A stretch of 63,333 bases of DNA, filler included, from Folioceros fuciformis (Eukaryota): NCBI GenBank assembly GCA_049999805.1. It is 15 parts of 15 records of this genome, joined end to end, with 100 filler letters (N's around TTAATTAATTAA, not from the genome) between each part and the next. Parts side by side here need not be neighbours in the genome. Positions count along the whole stretch, not along the records: positions 48,352 to 55,300 come from JBNGIO010001759.1; positions 55,401 to 57,622 come from JBNGIO010001760.1; positions 57,723 to 59,385 come from JBNGIO010001764.1; positions 59,486 to 61,175 come from JBNGIO010001765.1; 11 more parts are not named here. One strand, given 5' to 3'. Position numbers and translations under genes: made by a program. The notes under the pieces are model-generated. The model did no database searches, was not told where the DNA came from, and saw only the letters and a program-made list of their open reading frames with translations. Within the stretch, counting starts at the first letter, position 1. Each line of letters opens with the position of its first letter. Shown in pieces: positions 50,802 to 61,275 of this stretch.

Positions 50802-53800
50802 CCGCTGGTTGCCCCCTAGCAAAAATCACCAGCCTCTCAAAACTACCAAAAATCATCAGTGTCTCTCAAGACTCTCCTCTCCTCTCTCAGATCATCCCTT
50901 TCCCTCAGATCATCCCTTTCCCCCAAATCATCATGCAACCCTTCAGAGTCTCCATCTTCTTCCGATCCTTCCACCCCCCATCCTGCTGATCAGGAGGCCC
51001 ATGACCGGCATAGCTGCCCGTCCAGTATCCCTGAGGAGGTAACCTTGTAACCATGGCACCTGAAAATGACATCCCCCCGTTGGCTTCCCCCCTGGACAGC
51101 AAGCTATCAGGAACAAAAGCAATCCTACTTCCATTGCACCAGGATATCCGAAAAAGCTCACTGGTGCAATTAACCAGGCTGTACAACTCAGCCTACTTCC
51201 TCTCAGGCCCAACAGGATCTGGAGTATCCCCATTAGAGCTTGAGAACGCCAACAGCCTGCAACCTGCCGATCGCTGGGCTCCGGCTTGATCGCTTCCCGC
51301 AACAGCGAGGACAGCCCAGCCTGCTATGCCCGAGTCAGTCCGGCCCGCTACTCCAGGCCACCATGAGTGGCAAGAGTCTTTGAGCTGCTACTGATCGGGG
51401 ACCTGAACTACTAAGGATTAGGCTGCCGTTCAGAGGAACAGGATGCAGCGCAGTGGGGAATCCAGTGCTTACTGTCGAGAGTCGATGGCCTGGTTGCTGA
51501 ATCTGGGCTCGCATTGCCAAATCAGACCCGTCGTCGCAGAAGTGGATCCAGGCACCGCTGGACAGGACCCAATCATTCCTGATTCTGCCCAAGTCGCGAT
51601 GCTACACGAGGATTAGGCTCCGTCCAGCTCTCCAACCTCGATCTCCCCATTTCCCTCGGCTCCCATCCTATAGTTCCCAAACTCACACACGCCTGCGAAA
51701 GGCACACAAACGTGACAGCATCCACTACCACCGACCCGTCCTCCTTCTTCGCTTAGGATCGAGTGGCCTGCCAGTCGTTTGGGATCCTGCAGCCAGGCCT
51801 CTACCTGGCTTCCGGATCTGGCCCCGGCCTGCGCAGCCTGATCAGCCCGACCGCCTAGACCTGGTCGCCTTCCCCGGCTGCCCCCTGCGCCCCACCTGAG
51901 CCTCGCCTGTTAGCCAGCCCTCGTCTGGCACAGCCTCGACCAGCCGCTTGTCCAGCCTCCAGCAGGCTGACTACTGCGGCCACGATTCAGCCCGGCCACC
52001 GACTGGCCACTGTCCAGCGAGCCAGCCTGGCTGCCTGGATCCAACTGCCAGCCCCTTGCCTGGCCTGCCGATCCACCCACCTCAATCCAACATGCTCGCC
52101 AGCCCGCTGTGTCCCAGCCCGCCTAGACAGCTGACCCGGATCCCACCACCTGCTCGGCTGCGCGGCCTAGATCCTGACTGGACCGGCCACTGCCCGCCTT
52201 GGCGATCCGGCGTCCTCCTACGCACACCTCGCCTAATCCACTCTGGCCTGCCACAGCTCGCTGGTTAAGTTAGCCCACCTCTCTGTCTTCCAAAATCCGG
52301 TTGCTACCCGCATGGCCCGGCTCTAACTGCCAATGGGCCACCTGCTGGCTCCCCAATCTGGCAGCTGTTGAGCCGCCTGCCAGCCTCTCGATCCGGCCCC
52401 GGCTGCCTGCCTCCAGCCTTCAGGACCATCCGGCCAAACCAGCTAGCCTAGCAGCCAAGCCGCTTGCCCAGAGGCCGCCTACCTCTAGCCGCAACCAGTC
52501 GGTCAGCCCAGCTGGTCACACAATCGGGCCGCCGTCTGCGCGGCCACCTTGCCGACTAGTCTGTCTGACTGCGAGCTCCTCGATCCGCCAGCCTGGTCTC
52601 TCCTCAGCCACGATCGCTCCTGGCCAGATCCACCAACTCTCTCCTTAGCCACGACCACTCCTGGTCAGATCCACCAGCCCGAGCTAGATTGCTGGCTGGG
52701 TTCCAGCAGCCCCGCCTGGCTGCCTACCTTGCTCCATCTAGCGCTCCGGCGGCCTACTAGGCTGACTGCCTCGCAGCTCCGGCCAGGACCCTGGCCTTGG
52801 TGTCGATTGGATCCGGTTCGCCTTCCCGCTGGCTTGAACCTTGCAGCCTGTTGCCGTGGATCCGGCCAGTAGATCGGCCGGCCATAGCCTGCCTGCTCCG
52901 ACTCAACCAGGTAGACCGACCAGCCCATCTGCTGGCTGGCTAGATCCAGCCAACATCCCCGCCCGGATCTGACCTTGGCTGCATGCCTCCTCCACAACCC
53001 CTTGCTGGATCCTCCTGCTCAGTGTGCCTGGATCCCGCAAGGCAGCTCCCCAGTTGGGCTGCTTGCGGCCGAAACGTGTTGCCTGTCAGCAGCCTCTTGA
53101 TGTTCTAACCTCTAGCAGGCACGCCCTGCTGCTGCTTAGCCGTGACCCTAGCCATCTTATCCCCGGCCTACTACATAGCCCGGCCAATCCCCTCGTCGAG
53201 CTTGGCAGTCGGTCTTCTGGCCTGCAGGCTAGGCGCCCTCCGGTCCTGACTAGCGTCTGCCAGGAGCCTACCATCGACCCGCCTAGCTGCTAACCCGGCC
53301 ACCTTTGCTCTCGTGATCCTTGCCTAGCCGGTGCACCAGGAGCAAGGGCCCGTCGTCCCCATCTTTTCCCCCAGGAACCTCGACTCGCCCTTCCCACGCA
53401 CAGTCCTAGGCTTCCACACACATCCAGACACCCTAGCCAAGGGGACCTAGACCCGTGGCCTACCTACCACACATCCCACCAAGCCCCTATCGCCTCACCA
53501 TTAATCTAACCTCTAATCTAACCTAATCTTCTAACCTCTCCTCTACGAATTTCAATCAGAAAACCAAAAAAACAAACTTTGCCATTTCCTAGGGGATCTG
53601 CTAGTCCTGTGGACTCCACAGACGCAGAGCTTAATCAGCCTAAGGTGCGTACAGTGTTATGCATATCAGTTTCAAGCAGATGCAATAACATTGTCATCCT
53701 AGTGTTCTTACATGTGTGAAAGTAAATTTGTCTCAGTCATGACAGAAACATGTGGAGGAGATTGTCCATTGTACTTTTGATGTAATCTCGTTAAGGACAT

Positions 53801-54509
53801 GGCTGGATGGTAGGACCTTCAACATGTTAAACCTAAGGTAGTAACAACGTCTGAAATAATTCCGCCATTATACTTGGTTTTCACGAGTTTTTGTTGATGA
53901 ATAAAATTGGACAACGCACACCCCTCACAACATAATCCCACTGTGAATAATATGTCAGAACATGAATTTATTAGATTTATGTCTGAACATGGTTTTACAT
54001 GTCCCTTTACATTCTTTGATCAGAAACACTTGCTTTTTGCTTGTGTCAGATTGATTTCAACCCGTGGGATTCTAGCATACAAAACCTATAGGCAGTTGGG
54101 GGACACACATATGTGCGCCCAAGTGCACGCCATGCATCTAGGACTATGGTAACATACTATGGAACTCAAAGCAATTAAAAGACAGGCAAGACAAGCACTC
54201 CCTTCTTCCTCTTCATCTTCAACACTCCGTGTTGAAGAGATGTCGTAGCGATGTTCAAGATGTTGTAGCAACCTTAAATGCGTATAGAAATGGCTGATCA
54301 AGGGGCTCAGGATTCGAATCCTAGGGTCTCATTATCTTTTTACTCTCCCCATGTTTAGGAGCCATTAAATCAATCTATTGGTATCTAGAAGTGTGGGTTG
54401 GAAGCCAAGTCACTGTAGTATTTGCAAGTCCACACTAAGAGCCAATTGTCACACAAAAGTTTGCGCTAGGAACAAACCACCGCACACAAGTTCGTGCTCT
54501 AAGCATACC

Positions 54510-55290
54510 TATGCTCATACAAGTGTGCACCATGATCCAGCTGCTATGTACTTGTTTGTGCCATGACCCAGTTGGTGTGCACAAGTATGCGCAACGACTA
54601 CGCTAGTGAGCACTTGTACCTGCGATCACCAAGCTGGCACACACTTGTGTGCATGATGACCGAGGTAACGCACACTTGTGTGCACGATGACCCAATTGGC
54701 GCACACTTGTGTGCGCAATGACCCAATTGGTGCACGCTTGTGCTTGAGGTGACCGAGCTGGTGCACATTTCTGCTTGCGGTGACCAAGATGGCACACACG
54801 TGTGCTTGTGGTGACACGTGTGCTTGCAGTGACCGGGCTGGCGCACACGTGTGCTTGTGGTGACCGGGCTGGCGCACACGTGTGCTTGCGGTAACCGAGC
54901 TGGCGCATACGTGTGCTTGCAGTGACCGGGCTGGCGCACACGTGTGCTTGCAGTGACCGTGCTGGCGCACATGTGTGCTTGCGGTGACCGCGCTGGCACA
55001 CACGTGTGCTTGCGGTGACCGAGTTGGCGCACACGTGTGCTTGTGGTGACCGAGCCGGCGCACACGTGTGCTTTCGGTGACTGAGCTCGCGTACGCATGT
55101 GCTTGCGGTGACCGAGCTCGCGCACACGTGTGCTTGCAGTGACCGAGCTCGCGAACACGTGTGCTTGTAGTGATTGAGTTGGCACACACTTATGCTTGCA
55201 GTGACCAAGCTGGCACACACGTGTGCTTGCGGTGACCAAGCTAGTGCACACAAGTGCTTGCGGTGACCAAGCTGGCGCACACAAGTGCGC
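54510..55290. repeat. 31-bp minisatellite, ~25 units
   Basis: gtgaccgRgctggcgcacacgtgtgcttgcg at 31-bp spacing (54829, 54860, 54891...). Accounts for the repetitive ORFs on the minus strand. Confidence 0.95.
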
Positions 55291-56399
55291 TCCCTAAATG
55301 NNNNNNNNNNNNNNNNNNNNNNNNNNNNNNNNNNNNNNNNNNNNTTAATTAATTAANNNNNNNNNNNNNNNNNNNNNNNNNNNNNNNNNNNNNNNNNNNN
55401 GATCTAAACTTAGTAAGTAGTGAGAACTTTAACCGTGTTTTGCATCCTTGGAAGTTTAAACGTTTTTTACAACAAACACTATTTAGAAACATTCTCCGGT
55501 GTGACTTTGCCAGCAGATGAACCTGAAGAATTAGCAGACAAACTTGAAGAGCCAAATCTGATGGCAAACCAACTGGAGACAAGGAAGGACATTATTGTCC
55601 CCACGACTAAAAGGCCATAATCTCCACGATTCGTGGGATAAGACCTTTCGCTAAATAGGTTGCATGCATGTAAGTAGGCGGGCACACACTTGTGCGCGCC
55701 TAGGTACTATAGTGCACTCGAAACCCGAGCTGAATTGTAAAACATGGTTGAAGCACATCTCATATCAATGTTCGCTTTCCTCACAAAATAGAAGTCTAGA
55801 AATTCACATAGTTATAGCCATCCGCCTTCTCATACCCTCAACCTGCCTAAGAGGGCTTTTTTGGAGGGTAGTGCAATTCCATACAACTAGAATAAAAGGC
55901 AAAAGAAGGGTTTGAGAATAGACCCAATTTATTTCATACGCAGTTTAGTATGTTGCTTGAGTGTTTGGTTTGCATTCATAGTTAGTGATGGACATCTGCA
56001 TAAGTGGCATCGGCTTGTTAGCAACAATTTTCTCGTGTCACTAGTCTTACAGTGGGTTTTGGCATACATTGGAGACAATATGTGCAAGTGGTGAACTTCT
56101 TGTTAGCAGTAGCGTGTCATCACATGGCCTCCCCATGGGCACATCCGAGTCACAATGGCACAATGGGCAACAACTTTCCAGCCAACACACATTGTGGAGA
56201 CCACCTTCACAATTAGATGCTAGGTGATATTGCATCTCGATATTGCCTACATCCTCGCCCTTTCTTAAGGATGGCTTTGTCGAAATGCCCATGTCATGTC
56301 TAGGACTTATTGGATGATGCACTACTCCAAGTTGAGAACCCTTGCTCGGCATTGCAATCTGTGTCCATCGACATGCTCTTGTATTGGAAGTAGATGACA

Positions 56400-56678
56400 C
56401 TCCACCCATAAAATAGCAACGTTTACAGGAGGAACTAGTGTGGCCAAAGTTTGCTTACCACCTCGGATGCATAGATTCCTACACTAGTACCAATTTGTGA
56501 ATGCTAACCTAAAGTTCAAAACTTGCCATAAATTCTAAGACGTCCCTCCACCCATAAAATAGCTCCATTTGTGGGAACATGCTTGCCCACAGTCTGCTTA
56601 CCATCTCAAATGCGCAAGTTCCTAGACTCGTACCATGGTAATGCTACCCTGATCGTTCAAAACTTGTCAGAAATTCTA
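56400..56678. repeat. Diverged ~146-bp tandem duplication
   Basis: ctccacccataaaatagc...tgcttacca...ttccta...gttcaaaacttg..aaattcta twice. Confidence 0.75.
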
Positions 56679-57722
56679 TGCTAGAAGTCGTCAAGGCCAC
56701 ACCACTGAGTGGTGTAGTCCCCAAAAGCACCTCCTCTTTAGGACTGAAGCTTGTGATGTGCGGCACATCACAAGCTTTGGTTCCTAAAGCGGACGTGCTT
56801 TTGGGCTATGACTAGCAAGCAGTCGTGGCAGAGGGCAGCCAATCATTCTAGAAGCATGCTGCAAGGATCCCACAAACATCTTGCTCATGTCCTGCGGCAT
56901 GCCGCAACGGCATCCTGCTCACACACACACCTTTGTTTCAGTGGAATGCACATCTCGATGTTGATTATGTAAGGCAAAATCTCAAATTTAAGAATTCTGG
57001 AAATCGCAAGAGTTAACGTTCACTGAACTCCGTGAGCTCAGAAACTCAACAAAATGCAGACTGTGTATATGAGCTTCCACATTCACATATTCGTCCCATC
57101 CGAATGGGTGAATTCGTTAGATGACAGATTGGATCATGTCAACCAACGGAAATAACAACTACTTTATTGCAAAATACCAAGACACACCACGGGCCACAAA
57201 ATTGTTGATAATCCATTTGGTTCTTTGCGGAACCATGCTCAGTTTTTGGAATCCATGCACCAACTTGGTAGGTAGGTTACTGCTGTATGGAATTGCTACT
57301 CTTGATCTTCATCTAAGTGAAGCTTGTCTCCTCTCATAGTAGATGAAGCGTAGCTCGGGAAGGTGAAACAGGGGTTGTCAATGTGATAGTCTCCCCATAT
57401 CACAAGGGAAACTAGTGCACCCCTCCACCAAAGCCTCCGTCAAAGAATACTTTATTTCTTGGGAAAGCATGTCTGCAACTCTGCTTCGTACTACTGCCCA
57501 ATAGGCCATCACACAAACCTTCATGTTCGCCGCTATCTACAAGTTAGAGTCCACACGATTGTGTCATGACATGGTCACAACCATAGAATAGAATTGTCAC
57601 TAGCTATTCTCTTGTTGCGACGNNNNNNNNNNNNNNNNNNNNNNNNNNNNNNNNNNNNNNNNNNNNTTAATTAATTAANNNNNNNNNNNNNNNNNNNNNN
57701 NNNNNNNNNNNNNNNNNNNNNN

Positions 57723-58220
57723 CTGGGTGGCCAGATCCGCAGGGGCTGATCTCCCTTGCATGCTGGTTGGGTGGTTGGGATACCTTGACGTCCCTAAGGG
57801 GTTTCCAAAACGACGGACTGCAGGGCTGTGGGCCGGGTCATCCAGCCTGGGTCTGCACATCCCTACCTCAAGGGCTGCAAGTGAAGGGCTGCTGTGTTTG
57901 AAATCCAGGAGTGAGACGTGGTGGTGAAGGACTGAAGTGTTGGAGTGCTGGAGTAGAGAGCCGTTGTGCTGGAGTGGGGACTGAAGATGATGTTGAGCCC
58001 TCGTTCAGCTGAGGTGGTAGTTGGTATTGGAGACGAGGTTCTGATCATTTTGCTGTAGTGCGGTTAGGTTGATAGTTAGGGTCATATTAGGGCAGAGTGG
58101 GGGAAGTTGTAGAAAACCTTGATACTGGTTCACTCCCTTGGGAGCGAACCCTAGTACTACGACGATAACCAGGGGGAGGTGTGGCCCTTGGTGGTTCTTG
58201 GGTGCAAGTTCCACTCCACA
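57723..58220 (+). mobile_element. Athila-like Gypsy LTR, family B, 3' portion
   Basis: Homologous to 61276-61943; ends ccactccaCA; no PBS follows. Confidence 0.85.
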
Positions 58221-59385
58221 CTTCATCCTGCCCCTGCTCCTCCAGTCCTTGATCCGTGACTCTCTGGTCAGCGAGCTCCTGTTCTACCTCCTGTTCCTGT
58301 ACAGCCCGCTCCTCTGTTTGACCTTCGGTTCGCTCCAAGGCTATCTCCGGTGTCTCCGGCCTACTCCCTCCTCTCGTGCTCTGCCCGCTAACCCATCTCC
58401 TCTTGGCAAGGGTCTTCCTCTGAGCTGCTGTCCTCTTCTTAGGCTTGACGGAAACCTCCCCCTCCGAGCTGTCCCCACTTCCCGACACCCAACTGCTAGA
58501 GTCAGCCTTCACTGGCTTAGCAGGCTTCCATTTTACATCCTTGATTGGCCTCCACATGTGCAGTGAAGCCAACACCTCCAGTTCCGACACCAAGTTAGCA
58601 TAACTATTAATATGCACTAGAAACGGGGAAATCATCAAGGGCTGAGGAGAGGGTAGGGTCAAATTTTGCCTCTCCTCGTCCATCATGGCATACAGAATTT
58701 TTCCCCAATCAATCCTGGTCCCCTTCACCACCTCATGCACAAACAGGAGCATCTGGTCAGACAGATAATCATGTTTGCGAACCCGGAGAAAACTAAGAAA
58801 CCACCTGGCCAGACCCATCAGCTGCGGGCTTGCCATGTCGCGAACCAACCATCCGTTAGCCTCCTTCTTCGTGCCTGGTTTGAGCAGTCCTTCAACGTCT
58901 CCTGTACCTCCCCGTTTCCTCAGGGACTCCAGCACCAATCCTCCCTCTTCTCGCTGGTCACGGCCATACACCCTCCTCACTAGCTCCAGGTTCCACCCCT
59001 GCGGTCTGCCTCTGATCCCCTTCTCACGGATAGGTTCTTTCAACCTCAGGGTGCACTCCCTGACCAACTGTGGCACTGCATGGTTCCACTTATGGGTCAT
59101 GAAACCCAGACCCAATTCATCTACTAGCCCTCCTGCTCTGACCCTCCAGTGCTCCATGTTGGGCCACAGGAGTAGGTCGATCCGGGGAACAAGAGGTTCC
59201 CCCTCCCGCTCAGGTACTGTCACTCCAGGCAGTAGTTCAGGGCGCGACCTCATCCTGCCAACCTCCTCCTCGTGCTCCGGCTTCTGCGGTCCGTCCTCTC
59301 TCTTGCTAAGCACTCGCTGCTTGCCTCGGCCCGTCCTATTGCCTTAGCGTCTGCTTCCCTTCCAGCCGCCTTCACGCTCCCGGGT
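58221..59385 (-). mobile_element. Probable Gypsy accessory ORF, truncated by the LTR insertion
   Basis: ORF 58087-59313 with GWLVRD...LARWFLSFL...GTRIDWGKILY...PLMISPFLVHI, reminiscent of extra ORFs of Athila/Tat-like elements. Its C-terminus runs into the LTR. Confidence 0.5.
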
Positions 59386-59786
59386 NNNNNNNNNNNNNNN
59401 NNNNNNNNNNNNNNNNNNNNNNNNNNNNNTTAATTAATTAANNNNNNNNNNNNNNNNNNNNNNNNNNNNNNNNNNNNNNNNNNNNGGGAGGATTCAGAAT
59501 TCCGAAGATTGGACATCGTCCGGACGCCTGATCCCTTGCAATTCTGTTAGGTTGAGGCCCAGTTTGCCTCTGAGACCGTGAGCCTGGACATTGCGATCTC
59601 TTGCGAGTTCTTGCCATGGTGATCTGATTGGAGAGATTGAGAAGAATTGCCCCCGCAACAATTGTCTCGCGTCGCACATGTGAACGAAGTGCAAAGAAGG
59701 AGAGGCCGCGGGCCTCTCCGCGAAAATTAAAGTCATTTTTACGACGTTTGCCTCTTCATATCTTTATACCAAACCAGATGTATAAC

Positions 59787-59906
59787 GTGCTAAGGTATGA
59801 GTCGAGTAAGTAACCCGCTCCACATGAGTCGGGTAAGTAACCCGCTCCACATCAAAACTCTAAAGTTAAGCACCTAGGGGTAGGATCAGTATTGAGGTGG
59901 GGGGCC
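59787..59906 (+). other. 5S-rRNA-like segment with Pol III type-1 promoter-like boxes and a 27-bp tandem duplication
   Basis: ccacatcaaaactctaaagttaagcacctaggggtaggatcagtattgaggtggggggcc aligns by eye with 5S CCCATCAGAACTCCGCAGTTAAGCGTGCTTGGGCGAGAGTAGTACTAGGATGGGTGACC. Confidence 0.6.
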
Positions 59907-60157
59907 GATCAACGGTATCATTTTCGTGGATTTTTATATCAGAATGTTCTATTCTGAAAGTAGAATGTATAGAGAAGCTTGCTACTCTAATCTAAACCTA
60001 TTGATCTGCAGATTTAATTAGAAGCAACTTTCTATTAAACATCCTAAGAGATCCAGAGATCTCCCCATCTTACGCAGATCTCCCCAGAGATCTTACGCAA
60101 ACTCAACATCATCTTTCTAGCCATGATCAGCCATGATCATTAACCATGTGAGCTGTA

Positions 60158-60377
60158 GCTTTGATACCAAGTTAGAATTGCTAACGCGGAAGCAGATGCA
60201 TCGAAGATGATCTATTAGCAACTGAATAGGTGGATACAAAGGTAGGCCTTAAATAGCGGTTTACGAAGGGGTGCGTCCAATAACTAGCCTGCCAGTTAAC
60301 TGACTGCACTTATAACTAGGTCTAGTTAGACTAACCAACGTGATACAGAACCATGTGGTCTGCCTTATATTCTAACT
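60158..60377 (-). mobile_element. 208-bp LTR (60170-60377) with AG...CT termini and tRNA-Met PBS (60158-60169)
   Basis: 9-bp terminal inverted repeat AGTTAGAAT...ATTCTAACT; minus strand reads ...tctaact TGGTATCAAAGC. Confidence 0.8.
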
Positions 60378-60616
60378 GAGGTCGTGGCAGCCCTGGTCGT
60401 GGAGGAAGCTCAGCTTCCTAATAGCCTAACCTACACAGGAAGGTCTTCACTTGCAATTGGTGTAAGATCCCGGGTCATTATGAAAAGGACTGTAGAAAGA
60501 AGCGGGCTGGTGAGCCCATGAGGGACAATCCTACACCAAAGTCAAACATTGCTACTTCCAAAGGTCCACCTAAACCACCCTCAGTTTTAGTAGCGTGTCT
60601 CTCTTCTGTTCAAATT
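60378..60616 (+). mobile_element. Copia gag zinc-knuckle fragment, target of two LTR insertions
   Basis: FTCNWCKIPGHYEKDCRKKRAGEP, similar to GPCNWCLIPGHWEAKCRKEKAGEP at ~33980-34050. Confidence 0.8.
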
Positions 60617-61147
60617 AGTTAGAAATAGAGCAAACGGCGTTGGTTAAGGTCGACTAGACCAAACCCAATGTGGATTAGTCAAACTAGACTCAACTAGTTG
60701 GTAGTTAGTTAACTAGCGGGGTAGTGAAAGGACACACCTGTCAATAGGATCGACTCCAGACTACGTGCAAGTGTAGGAGAGGAGAGGAGAGAAGAGAGGG
60801 TGGTATTGGTGATCACAACCATGAAAACAATACACATCACCACTGTCTTACTATGGAGGTCCGAGGTCTCCATTTAAGTAGTATAGGGCTACACAACTTC
60901 CAGGTTCAATATGGGATAATCTACACTATCCTAAGTTCACTAATAACTAGAACTAGTCTAGTATGAACCCAACTGGGATAACTAACACCACATGAGTTTA
61001 GCTCATATAGAGCTCGATAACTCAACAACACCCCCTCGTAATCATCCTTTATAAGACCACCTATGAACCGAACATATTATTAGTTAATAAAGCATTTGCT
61101 AGATGCAAGACGCTTCCGCAAATGCATCTCTAACTTGGTATCAGAGC
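60617..61147 (+). mobile_element. ~225-bp LTR (60617-61135, excluding the nested solo LTR) with AG...CT termini and tRNA-Met PBS (61136-61147)
   Basis: AGTTAGA...TCTAACT then TGGTATCAGAGC. Shares agttaact.gc, ggac.cacccc.tcgtaa and gcttccgc blocks with the 60170-60377 LTR. Confidence 0.8.
60739..61027 (-). mobile_element. 289-bp solo LTR with perfect 5-bp TSD
   Basis: TG...CA termini; acacc at 60734-60738 and 61028-61032; taggatcg and GA-rich tract resemble the 48641 LTR. Confidence 0.88.
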
Positions 61148-61275
61148 CATGTGATATCTCAATGGCTTTGTTGCTNNNNNNNNNNNNNNNNNNNNNNNNN
61201 NNNNNNNNNNNNNNNNNNNTTAATTAATTAANNNNNNNNNNNNNNNNNNNNNNNNNNNNNNNNNNNNNNNNNNNN

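Noticed and set aside
51053-53600. Protein-coding genes in the many GC-rich ORFs
   Set aside because: Low-complexity Pro/Ala/Arg-rich translations in overlapping frames with no recognisable domain; likely retroelement internal sequence.
54295-54335. tRNA or tRNA-derived SINE (ggattcgaatcc)
   Set aside because: Imperfect B-box; no A-box, cloverleaf or tail could be built.
54510-55290. CRISPR-like array or repetitive Cys/His-rich proteins (ORFs 54598-55284)
   Set aside because: Units are head-to-tail with no unique spacers and no cas genes. The ORFs are open in several frames only because the unit lacks stops.
8446-61275. Recurring TTAATTAATTAA motif as a biological repeat
   Set aside because: It is always centred in 100-bp N spacers, so it is an assembly linker. 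ORFs running into these gaps are artefacts.
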